NCBI GenBank assembly: GCA_036743235.1
Contig: DAINPX010000001.1
Span: 1-33,836 of the forward strand
Source of the DNA: Melioribacteraceae bacterium
GTDB lineage: Bacteria; Bacteroidota; Ignavibacteria; Ignavibacteriales; Melioribacteraceae
Length of the DNA stretch: 33,836 nucleotides
Direction: 5' to 3'
Shown here: positions 24,055 to 32,648 of the stretch, piece by piece
Position numbering within the stretch: position 1 is the first letter of the stretch
How the letters are laid out: each line of letters starts with the position of its first letter
Program-made: the position numbers and the translations under genes
The notes under the pieces: model-generated
Seen by the model: only the letters and a program-made list of their open reading frames with translations
The model's database searches: none
Told to the model about the DNA's origin: nothing

Positions 24055-24535
24055 AACAAAAATTCTCTTAAGTTTTACAGTTGAAAACCGTAAGTTATTG
24101 TAATAGAATAACTTAATTTTTAACATTGCGGAAATTTACACCACTTTTGTCTGTTGTGTATTAATTAGCGGCAAATACTTGGCGGAAAACGGCTAAGTTA
24201 GATAATTCTAAATAGTAATTAAAAACAATTAATACTATTAATAAAAACTAATTGGTTTTAGAATTAAGGCTTAAAGCAACAGATTTGCACAAACAAAAAA
24301 ATAATTTATTAAATTCAAGTATATCGCTTCTTAATTCCGGCAATTAATAATATTAGGACAAGTAACATAATTTTATTATTTATGGATGTGCGTTAATGTT
24401 TCTGTAATAAAACTTGCAGGTTTATTTTGCATCTATTGGTAGCATTGTTTAAATAACAACTTTTTCCATATAAAATGCCAATTTTTGGAATACAACTACA
24501 TAAATTATGCTAAATTTATCGAGTTACGTAAATTG

Positions 24536-25171
24536 TTAATCTATTTTATAAATATAATTCGGTAATTTTACTATTTTGCCGTTATAACCGCCCGTAAAAT
24601 CCGTTTCCTGGTCACCAATATTGGCAATAATATTATAACCGTTTGCAGTCATCTGCTTACGCATTGCGTATTTAAACTCAGCCATGTTTGGGAAGGAATC
24701 TACCGGTTTTCTACAAATTAAAGTATCAAATTTTGTATAACCTTGAGCAATTAAATTTTTATAAGTCGCTTCATAATTTTTTGTACTTCTGCCGGTAATA
24801 AAAATCACTTTAACTCCTTGCTCAATTAGTACTTTATACAACTCTTTAACCGGAACTATCGCCTTCGCTTCTCCCCTATCTTGCCAATCCGACCATAGGT
24901 TGTGTTCGTACCCAAAATCAATCGATTTAATGTAATTGTAGTTAGAAAGAGCGGTTTCGTCCACATCAAAAACAACCGCATCGTAAAGTTTATTATTATA
25001 ATTTTTCAAATAATCTTTAACATCCTTTAAAACAGCGTTTAACTCGTTATAATATTTGTCCGTTTCGTAATAATCTATCACTTTGTTTTTTGCTTCGGTT
25101 AAATTAATAATTTTTGACGAACTGCAACCGATAAACGACAATAAACCGAATAATAAAATGTATTTTTTCAT
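24536..25171 (-). CDS. Lipoprotein acid phosphatase, HAD superfamily (class B/C, e(P4)/plant-type)
   Basis: It has the lipobox signal MKKYILLFGLLSFIGC, the DxDET nucleophile motif VVFDVDETALSN, then FITGR and GDQETDF. The start is set to ATG 25171 because the longer ORF-track start overlaps the hslU terminator. Confidence 0.8.
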   Translation of the reverse strand: MKKYILLFGLLSFIGCSSSKIINLTEAKNKVIDYYETDKYYNELNAVLKDVKDYLKNYNNKLYDAVVFDVDETALSNYNYIKSIDFGYEHNLWSDWQDRGEAKAIVPVKELYKVLIEQGVKVIFITGRSTKNYEATYKNLIAQGYTKFDTLICRKPVDSFPNMAEFKYAMRKQMTANGYNIIANIGDQETDFTGGYNGKIVKLPNYIYKID

Positions 25172-25192
25172 TCTTTCGTTACCAATGTTAAT

Positions 25193-25238
25193 AAAAAAGC
25201 CTCGTTTCATTTACAAATGTAAAATAATACAACGAGGC
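25193..25238 (-). terminator. Intrinsic terminator after hslU
   Basis: Minus strand reads GCCTCGTT-(loop containing the TTTACATTTGTAAA sub-hairpin)-AACGAGGC, followed by TTTTTT. Confidence 0.6.
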
Positions 25239-25252
25239 AATAAAATTAATAA

Positions 25253-26629
25253 TTATAAAATATATTTACTTAAATCTCTATTTTTAACAATTTTGTTTAG
25301 TTTTTCGTTAACATACTCGCCGGTAATAATAATATCGCTTTCCGGCATTTTATCGGGAACTTCAAATAAAATTTCGTCAAGCAATGTAGTTAAAATTGTA
25401 TGAAGTCTGCGTGCACCAATATTTTCAACTTGTTCGTTTACTGCTGCGGCAATTCTTGCAATTTCAGATATACTATCTTCACTAAAAGAAATTTTTACAT
25501 TTTCAGTTTCCAAAAGTGCTGCATATTGTTTTAACAATGCATTTTGTGGAAGCGTTAAAATTTTAATAAAATCTTCTTCGCTTAAACTTTTTAACTCAAC
25601 ACGAATAGGAAAACGTCCTTGTAATTCCGGTATTAAATCCGAAGGTTTTGAAATATGAAAAGCACCGCTGGCAATAAATAAAATATGATCGGTTTTAACA
25701 ACACCGTATTTAGTATTAACCGTACTTCCTTCAACAATTGGCAATAAATCGCGTTGAACACCTTCACGGCTTACATCCGGACCATGCCCTTTTCCGCTTG
25801 TGCCTGCAATTTTATCAATTTCATCAATAAATACTATTCCTAAATTTTGAACTCTGTTAACCGCTTCTTTTTGCACGGTTTCCATATCAATTAATTTTTC
25901 TGTTTCTTCTTGAATAAAAATACGCCTTGCTTCTTTAATTGGGGCTTTACGTTTTTTCTTCTTTTTGGGCATTACACTGCTTACGATTTCCTGAATATTA
26001 ATACCCATGTCATCCATTCCGAAAGGTCCCATAACCTGCATACCTACTGCCTGCTGGGTGGAATCGAATTCAATTACTCGTTCGTCCATATCCCCTTTTT
26101 TAAGCTTCTGACGCATCCATTCACGGGTTTTTTCGTTTTGATTTGCTTCATCTGTTGTATTGTTAGTTTCATCAGTTCCGTATTTGGGTACAGGTGGAAT
26201 TAATAAATCTAATATTTTATCTTCTGCCATCTGTTCTGCTTTTGCCTGAACGCCGGTAGCCATTTCGGAACGCACCATATTAACCGATAACTCTACCAAG
26301 TCTCTAATCATTGATTCTACATCGCGCCCTACATAACCTACTTCGGTAAATTTTGATGCCTCAACTTTAATAAAAGGGGCACCGGATAGTTTTGCCAATC
26401 TTCTGGCAATTTCGGTTTTACCCACACCTGTAGGACCTATTAATATTATGTTATTGGGCATTATTTCGTCACGCATTTTTTCGTCAACTTGCTGACGTCT
26501 CCATCTGTTACGCAATGCTATAGCTACCGCTCGTTTTGCATCTCCTTGACCAATAATATATTTGTCTAATTCGGCCACAATTTTAATAGGAGTTAAATTT
26601 TCCATCAATTCATTCAATTTGCTTTTCAT
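25253..26629 (-). CDS. hslU: ATP-dependent protease ATPase subunit HslU
   Basis: 458 aa. It has Walker [16 protein letters not shown], then [10 protein letters not shown] and [12 protein letters not shown]. Confidence 0.95.
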   Translation of the reverse strand: MKSKLNELMENLTPIKIVAELDKYIIGQGDAKRAVAIALRNRWRRQQVDEKMRDEIMPNNIILIGPTGVGKTEIARRLAKLSGAPFIKVEASKFTEVGYVGRDVESMIRDLVELSVNMVRSEMATGVQAKAEQMAEDKILDLLIPPVPKYGTDETNNTTDEANQNEKTREWMRQKLKKGDMDERVIEFDSTQQAVGMQVMGPFGMDDMGINIQEIVSSVMPKKKKKRKAPIKEARRIFIQEETEKLIDMETVQKEAVNRVQNLGIVFIDEIDKIAGTSGKGHGPDVSREGVQRDLLPIVEGSTVNTKYGVVKTDHILFIASGAFHISKPSDLIPELQGRFPIRVELKSLSEEDFIKILTLPQNALLKQYAALLETENVKISFSEDSISEIARIAAAVNEQVENIGARRLHTILTTLLDEILFEVPDKMPESDIIITGEYVNEKLNKIVKNRDLSKYIL

Positions 26630-26643
26630 TTTATTTAAATCCT

Positions 26644-27189
26644 TTAGTCATTTTTAATAACTTCGCTTACAATTTTATCATTTGTATAAATACAAATATC
26701 GGCAGCGGTTTTTAAACTTTCCTTAACAATTTCTTCTGCAGTTAAGTTGCTATATTTAACCAACATTTTAGCTGCAGATAGTGCATACATTCCACCACTT
26801 CCAATGGCAATTATTTTATCATCGGGTTCAATTACATCTCCCGTACCGGAAACAATAAAAGCCGAATCTGCCGAAATTACTGCCAACATTGCCTCTAAAC
26901 GGCGCAAATATTTATCGGTTCGCCAATCGGTAGCAAGTTCTACTACGGCTCTATTAACGTTACCTCTATATTGTTCTAATTTTTCTTCAAATTTGCCTAA
27001 TAAAGTAAAAGCATCGGCTGCAGCACCGGCAAATCCGCATAATACTTTTCCGTTATATAGTTTTCTAATCTTCATGCTATTATGTTTAACAACGGTATTG
27101 CCTAAAGTAACTTGACCGTCTCCTCCTATTGCAGCCTGACCGTTATGTATAACGCCAATTATAGTGGTCGATCTTATTTTTCTCTCCAA
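26644..27189 (-). CDS. hslV: ATP-dependent protease peptidase subunit HslV
   Basis: 181 aa. It has TTIIGV...GGDGQVT and GSGG. The start is TTG, with an AGGAGA Shine-Dalgarno sequence 7 nt upstream. Seven residues precede the Thr-Thr. Confidence 0.93.
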   Translation of the reverse strand: MERKIRSTTIIGVIHNGQAAIGGDGQVTLGNTVVKHNSMKIRKLYNGKVLCGFAGAAADAFTLLGKFEEKLEQYRGNVNRAVVELATDWRTDKYLRRLEAMLAVISADSAFIVSGTGDVIEPDDKIIAIGSGGMYALSAAKMLVKYSNLTAEEIVKESLKTAADICIYTNDKIVSEVIKND

Positions 27190-27204
27190 AATTTTATCTC
27201 CTAA

Positions 27205-29043
27205 TTATGGTAAATCTTTTTGTTCTTTTTGCCAGTTTTCAACCCAATCGGTAAATAAAGGATCAACAGGAACTGCCAATATTCTTCCGCCAAATCCCAT
27301 ATATCTATAAACCAACATGTTTAAATTTTCGGCTTTTAAATTATTAAGGACATTATCATCAACTTTCAAATTGTATTTTTTCGCAAGCTCTATTGTTTTA
27401 CCTTCCAAACCGTTTTTAAGTTGCTCAATTCTTGCAATATTTCTTAAAGAATCTTTAATCTCTTCAAAAGGTTTAGTTAATAAATTCTCTTTACTTTCTT
27501 TTTTATCTATTAATTTGAATATCGAGTAACCTTCTTCTATTTTAATAGGACCATAAATTTCACCAACTTTCATTCCGGCTGCAATATTCCCTATTTCTCC
27601 ATACATATTTGCAGCAAAATATCCAAATTCGCCTCCGTTCTTTTTTACAGTTTCTCTTTTTGTATATTTTTTTGCAACCTCTTTAATATCTTCACCCTTT
27701 TCCAATAACTTCATTACGGCATCCATTTCTTCTAAATTATCTGTTAATATTTCTATAATATTAACCATTAACGGCAAATTGCTACCTCCTTTATTTTTTT
27801 CGTAGTATGCTTTTACATCTTCATCGGTAAGTTGCAAATTTGCTACAAAATGGTTTTTTGCCAATTTAGATAAATAATTATCTTTCCACATATCAATAGA
27901 TCTTTTTACCTCGGGTAAATTTTGCAATCCTTGTTTGTACCCTTCTCGCGATAAAATTTCATGTTCAATAAACCTTTTAACTCTTGATTGTAATTGTGCA
28001 CGCAACGTATCTGCATTAGTTGAAATACCCACAAAACCTTCATAAAAAAACTCACGTAAAAATTGAAATACTGTAACGGGCTCATTTTCAAACCTTACAA
28101 ATTCCATTTGTAAGGTATCTTTAGTTAATGAATTCTCAATAAAAGTAAAATCCTCAGCAGCTAATGTAATTTTATTACCGTCAGGTGTTTTGTCTTTTAC
28201 TTTTCTATTTTTAACCGCCTCAATAACTCTATCGGCAATACTCCAAAACAAATAACCGTCTGCATTTATTTGCTTACCTACAAACAACTTATTAAAATAA
28301 TTAGCATAAGCTTTATTTAGTGCTCTATCTTCAACAAGTTTTTTGGCATTATTAAATTCTTTTTTATATTCATCGTTATCTTTAAATTCTTTTGGTTTTT
28401 CATAAGTTAATCGAAAAATATAATATTCTCCCTCATAATCCAAAGGTTTAGTATATTTACCCGGTGTAAGCGAATAAATTGCATCTTCAATATCTTCTCT
28501 CATCATTCCAAAATTAACTTCTACAGGTCCGGGTTGATAATTTTTATCCTGTCTTTTATTAAGCAACGAATCGAAAGATTCGCCTGCATTCAACTTATAA
28601 TAAATTTTGTAAATTTCATTACTATCTTTGGCAAAAACAAAATTTACGTATAAAGTTCTTTTAATTTTGGCAGATGCAAAAATAATTTTTTTTTCGTCAA
28701 CTCTTGCTTTATCTTTAATTTCCCTGTTATATAAAGCATCTCGCACATACATCTTTTCAATTGCTTTATAAGTATATTTAATAATATCGGAGCTATCCAA
28801 TCCTTCTTCTCTTGCGTATAATGCCCAAAGTTTTTCTGCAACCATTGTATAAAAAGCCTTTGCACGAAATGCGGGTTCATCTTGCTTATTACCAACAGAT
28901 AAACGAGGAATCATCAAATATCTTTCGTTAAACTCGTCTGTTGTAAATTCTTGATTATTAAGTTTAGCCAAAACTTCATATTTTTCTTGTGCATTAATAA
29001 AACCAAACACCATTAATAACAATGCAAACAAACATTTTTTCAT
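27205..29043 (-). CDS. Periplasmic peptidyl-prolyl isomerase / chaperone (SurA/PpiD-like with a parvulin domain)
   Basis: 612 aa. The signal peptide is MKKCLFALLLMVFGFINAQ. A C-terminal parvulin-like segment reads GGEFGYF...GEIYGPIKIEEGYSIFKL. Confidence 0.75.
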   Translation of the reverse strand: MKKCLFALLLMVFGFINAQEKYEVLAKLNNQEFTTDEFNERYLMIPRLSVGNKQDEPAFRAKAFYTMVAEKLWALYAREEGLDSSDIIKYTYKAIEKMYVRDALYNREIKDKARVDEKKIIFASAKIKRTLYVNFVFAKDSNEIYKIYYKLNAGESFDSLLNKRQDKNYQPGPVEVNFGMMREDIEDAIYSLTPGKYTKPLDYEGEYYIFRLTYEKPKEFKDNDEYKKEFNNAKKLVEDRALNKAYANYFNKLFVGKQINADGYLFWSIADRVIEAVKNRKVKDKTPDGNKITLAAEDFTFIENSLTKDTLQMEFVRFENEPVTVFQFLREFFYEGFVGISTNADTLRAQLQSRVKRFIEHEILSREGYKQGLQNLPEVKRSIDMWKDNYLSKLAKNHFVANLQLTDEDVKAYYEKNKGGSNLPLMVNIIEILTDNLEEMDAVMKLLEKGEDIKEVAKKYTKRETVKKNGGEFGYFAANMYGEIGNIAAGMKVGEIYGPIKIEEGYSIFKLIDKKESKENLLTKPFEEIKDSLRNIARIEQLKNGLEGKTIELAKKYNLKVDDNVLNNLKAENLNMLVYRYMGFGGRILAVPVDPLFTDWVENWQKEQKDLP

Positions 29044-29075
29044 ACTTATCGTAACAAATATTAATTAATAATTAA

Positions 29076-29696
29076 TTATTTAAACTTTATCGGTAAAATT
29101 GAAGGGACTCTCTTTTTATATTCCAAATAGCTATCGCCAAATAATTTAACCAATTTCTTTTCTTCAAAAAATGCCCCAATGTAAAAATAAATAGTAAGGC
29201 AAATAAAAAACACAAAATAAAACAAATCCATATATGGTCTTAATCCCCAAAACAGTATCGAGAATAAATAAATCGGGTGTCTGGTAAACGAAAAGATACC
29301 GTCTATGCGTAATTCCATTTTTTCGTCAAGATCATTAATATCATAATTACCCTGCACATATCTTTTAATTTGGGATAAGCCTAAAAATTCTTTTCCGTTT
29401 ATCTTAAATCCCGTATAAACTAATCCAAATAAACTTAAAAATTGGAGTCCCAATATAATAAGATCGTAAGGGAATTGTAAGTCGTAAATTATTACATCGG
29501 GTTTAGGCATCAAATAATAAACAGCCATAAAAATTAATAACGAAATAAAATTATAAAACAATCTGTAAAATGCTATTTTTGAGCCTATGGACTTTGCCAG
29601 TAAATTTTTAAACCATAACGAAGCAAAAACCGAATGGCTAAATGCAAAAATAGAAAACAGAAGGATAATTAATAAAACATCCCAAAAATAACTCAT
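29076..29696 (-). CDS. Integral membrane methyltransferase-like protein (ICMT/PEMT/NnrU-like family)
   Basis: 206 aa with about 5 hydrophobic helices. It has the FTRHPIYL motif and a C-terminal EEKKL...FGDSY..Y..RV typical of isoprenylcysteine carboxyl methyltransferase-like proteins. Its ATG overlaps the rpoN stop (ATGA). Confidence 0.6.
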   Translation of the reverse strand: MSYFWDVLLIILLFSIFAFSHSVFASLWFKNLLAKSIGSKIAFYRLFYNFISLLIFMAVYYLMPKPDVIIYDLQFPYDLIILGLQFLSLFGLVYTGFKINGKEFLGLSQIKRYVQGNYDINDLDEKMELRIDGIFSFTRHPIYLFSILFWGLRPYMDLFYFVFFICLTIYFYIGAFFEEKKLVKLFGDSYLEYKKRVPSILPIKFK

Positions 29697-31141
29697 AGTT
29701 CTTTTCTTAGTCTCGCAACGGGAAGTTTTAATTGTTCGCGATATTTAGCAACGGTACGCCTTGCAATATGTATTCCTTTATCTTGTAACATTACTGCAAT
29801 TTTATCATCACTATAAGGATTATCTTTAGATTCTCCTGCAATAATATCTTTTATCAGCTCTCTAATATGTCTATTACTTATTTCGTCACCATCATCGGTA
29901 GATAAACCTTCGCTAAAAAAGAACTTTAATTCATGAATTCCTTGGGGACTTTGTACATATTTGCCGTTAACTACTCTACTTATTGTCGATATATCCATCT
30001 CAATTTCATCGGCAATATCTTTATATATCATAGGGCGTAAGGCTTTTGGACCTAATTCAAAAAAATCGCGTTGTTTTGCTACAATTGTTTTCATTATTTT
30101 TAACAAAGTTTGCCTTCTCTGTTCAATTGAAGACAAAAACCATTTTGCCGATTCGTATTTTTCACGTAAAAATTTATGAGCTTCTTTATCTCTTTCCGAA
30201 AGGTTTCTTTTTCTTTTATTGTTATTTATATAATCCAAATATGTAGGGCTTAAAGTTACCGAGGTTCCATATTTATCGTTTAATGAGACTATATAATTAC
30301 CGTCAATCTTTTCTACAATAAAATCCGGCGTAACTTGATTGGAATTTTCGTTTAATATATTACCTTCTCCCGGTTTAGGGTTAAGTTTTTGAATAATTTC
30401 TAAAGTCGCTCTTAAAGTTTCGGTACTTAAGTTTAACCCTTTTTTAATGTTATCAAATTTTTTATTAAAAAAGTCGTTAAAATATTCAGATAAAACCTTT
30501 TCGGCAAGGTAACTATAATAAGGGTCAAAAGACGATACTTCCAATTGAATAAGCAAACATTCTTGTAAAGTTCTTGCAGCTACGCCAACAGGTTCTAATC
30601 TTTGAATTTTCTTTAATACTTCTTCGGCTTGTTCAACAGTAACTTTATATTCTTCAAACAAGTTAATATCTTCAACAAGTTTTTTTAGATCATGTTTAAA
30701 ATAACCCGAAGGGTCTAAACTTTGAATAATTAATTCTCCTATTGCGTAATCTTCCTCGCTTAAATCAAGCATTCGCAATTGCTGTATTAAAGTATCAGAT
30801 AACGAAACACGCATGGGAGCAACAGGTTGAAGTCTTTCTTCTTCCATTGATTGGGCATATGTTCCTTCATCAATGGTTTCGTCATTCATAAAATCTTCTA
30901 TGCCAAATTCTTCTTGTTCATAATCATACTCGCTTTCTTTTTCCTCGTCATCGGTTTCGCTTTCCACTTGCGAAATATCCAAGTCCTCGGTTAATGTTTC
31001 TTCAAGAAAAGGATTTAATTCCAATTCGGTTTTAATCCTTTGTTCTAAAGATAATGTATTTAGTTGAAGTAATTTTTGATATTGAATTTGCTGGGGCGAT
31101 AATTTTTGCTGTAGCCCTAATTTTAAATTTAAAGACAACAT
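29693..31141 (-). CDS. rpoN: RNA polymerase sigma-54 factor
   Basis: 482 aa. It has the N-terminal Gln/Leu-rich region I (LKLGLQQKLSPQQIQ), an acidic region II, and the C-terminal RpoN box ARRTVAKYRE. Confidence 0.95.
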   Translation of the reverse strand: MLSLNLKLGLQQKLSPQQIQYQKLLQLNTLSLEQRIKTELELNPFLEETLTEDLDISQVESETDDEEKESEYDYEQEEFGIEDFMNDETIDEGTYAQSMEEERLQPVAPMRVSLSDTLIQQLRMLDLSEEDYAIGELIIQSLDPSGYFKHDLKKLVEDINLFEEYKVTVEQAEEVLKKIQRLEPVGVAARTLQECLLIQLEVSSFDPYYSYLAEKVLSEYFNDFFNKKFDNIKKGLNLSTETLRATLEIIQKLNPKPGEGNILNENSNQVTPDFIVEKIDGNYIVSLNDKYGTSVTLSPTYLDYINNNKRKRNLSERDKEAHKFLREKYESAKWFLSSIEQRRQTLLKIMKTIVAKQRDFFELGPKALRPMIYKDIADEIEMDISTISRVVNGKYVQSPQGIHELKFFFSEGLSTDDGDEISNRHIRELIKDIIAGESKDNPYSDDKIAVMLQDKGIHIARRTVAKYREQLKLPVARLRKEL

Positions 31142-31708
31142 TTATTCACCTCGTTTGTTAATCAGTTTGTCATACCATTTTTTACCGTATAGTCTAATTA
31201 AGGAATCTTTGCAAAATTCCGCAATACTTAAATTTGTTTGCAAGCCCAATAATAATGCTTCTCGACATTCGGTATATCTTTCAAATTTCAAAATATCCTG
31301 ACCAAAATTATTTACTCTAATAGGAAACAAATGGCAAGATAAAGGTTTTCTAAAATCTATTTTATTATCAAAATAAGCTTTCTCTATTCCGCATTTTGCA
31401 ACTTTTCCCTCGTAATATACAAAAACACAATCTTCGTTATTAATACTTTTAGTCATTATTAAATCATCTTCAATTTCCCAAAATCCGCTTTCTTTAATAA
31501 TTTTTTTACTATAATCCGGAATGTATTCTAAAATAACATCTAAATATTTTTCAATTAAATCAACTTCTTCTTTTGTAATCGGTGCTCCGTATTCACTTTC
31601 TAAAGTACAGCAAGCCCCTTTACATTTATTAAGGTCACATGTAAATTTAACTTCAAGTATTTCTTTATTTACTAATTTGTCTTCAACTTCTATAAATTTT
31701 GAATTCAT
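31142..31708 (-). CDS. DUF3109-family cysteine-rich protein
   Basis: It has FTCDLNKCKGACC...EDCVF...KCGIEKAY...KP.SCHLFPIRV, the hallmark of DUF3109. The start is set at ATG 31708; the track's TTG start is at 31756. Its stop codon abuts the rpoN ATG with no gap. Confidence 0.7.
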   Translation of the reverse strand: MNSKFIEVEDKLVNKEILEVKFTCDLNKCKGACCTLESEYGAPITKEEVDLIEKYLDVILEYIPDYSKKIIKESGFWEIEDDLIMTKSINNEDCVFVYYEGKVAKCGIEKAYFDNKIDFRKPLSCHLFPIRVNNFGQDILKFERYTECREALLLGLQTNLSIAEFCKDSLIRLYGKKWYDKLINKRGE

Positions 31709-31822
31709 TGTTTCGTCTATAAATAAATTGGAATAATTTTTGTTATAAAATAACAAAAATTTTTAATATTATAAAGCAGAATATTAATAATAAAGGATTT
31801 TTTAACTGATTTTAATCGATTT

Positions 31823-32497
31823 TTATTCGTTTAACGATAATTCTTTACAGCTATTGGTTTCTCGTTTATCTTTCTTAAAATCAATTGCATCGCTATGTTT
31901 AGCAAACAATACTAAAGGAATTGTAGCAAAAATTATTTTCAGATCTAAATTAACACCATAATTATGCTCATAATACAAGTCATCTTCAATTAAATTTTTG
32001 GCACCCTCAAGCCTTTTACCGTATATTTGCCAATATCCCGTTAAACCCGGTTTTAGAGTTATTGTGTTACGTAAATTATATAATTGGGGATTATTTTCTT
32101 TAATTATATTTAAGTCACCAATAGTTAAAGGTCTAGGACCGACTAAAGACATATCCCCTTTTATTACATTAAATAATTGAGGCAGTTCATCCAACCCGGT
32201 ATGTCTTAAAAACTTACCAAACGGAATAATATACTTCCTTAGGTCTTCCTTAATAAAAACATTCTTGTTGTTATTATGAAAGCCTGAAAATAATGTTTTA
32301 ATTTTTACTACTTTAAAGCGTTTTCTTTCTAAAGTTAATGCTCTATACTGTGTATAGAACGGATTTTCAAACGATTGCAGAAATATAATAATCGCAAAAC
32401 AGATAATAACAGGCAAAAACAAACCTATTAAAAGTATCGATAAAAATATGTCAATAAAACGCTTCAAAGAACGTGATTTTAATATAGAATTTAGCAT
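31823..32497 (-). CDS. Polyprenyl-phosphate sugar phosphotransferase (bacterial sugar transferase, WbaP/WcaJ C-terminal type)
   Basis: It has one N-terminal TM helix, then GLDELPQLFNVIKGDMSLVGPRP and PGLTGYWQ. The start is set at ATG 32497; the track's TTG start is at 32530. Confidence 0.85.
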   Translation of the reverse strand: MLNSILKSRSLKRFIDIFLSILLIGLFLPVIICFAIIIFLQSFENPFYTQYRALTLERKRFKVVKIKTLFSGFHNNNKNVFIKEDLRKYIIPFGKFLRHTGLDELPQLFNVIKGDMSLVGPRPLTIGDLNIIKENNPQLYNLRNTITLKPGLTGYWQIYGKRLEGAKNLIEDDLYYEHNYGVNLDLKIIFATIPLVLFAKHSDAIDFKKDKRETNSCKELSLNE

Positions 32498-32648
32498 ATA
32501 CCTAAAATAATTGTAGTTAGACAAAAACAATTGACCCGCAAACTAAATTCCGTATGCAATTTAATGCATTTTATTTAAATTTCAAATAGCCTAAAGTTAA
32601 AATTACATAAAATTAATACAAATTTATGCTGTTTTTTTATTTCCCATA

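Noticed and set aside
24315-24368. 17-codon hydrophobic mini-ORF (MLLVLILLIAGIKKRYT) on the minus strand in the ORF-free gap. I considered it as a type I toxin-like peptide.
   Set aside because: It is too short to span a membrane. It has no Shine-Dalgarno sequence, and I saw no antisense-RNA-like structure or promoter. AT-rich sequence readily yields Leu/Ile-rich mini-ORFs by chance.
25172-25210. Longer start for the phosphatase ORF (MKRGFFINIGNER...).
   Set aside because: The extension overlaps the hslU terminator hairpin and its U-tract (25193..25238). The internal ATG at 25171 gives a canonical lipoprotein signal peptide, MKKYILLFGLLSFIGC.
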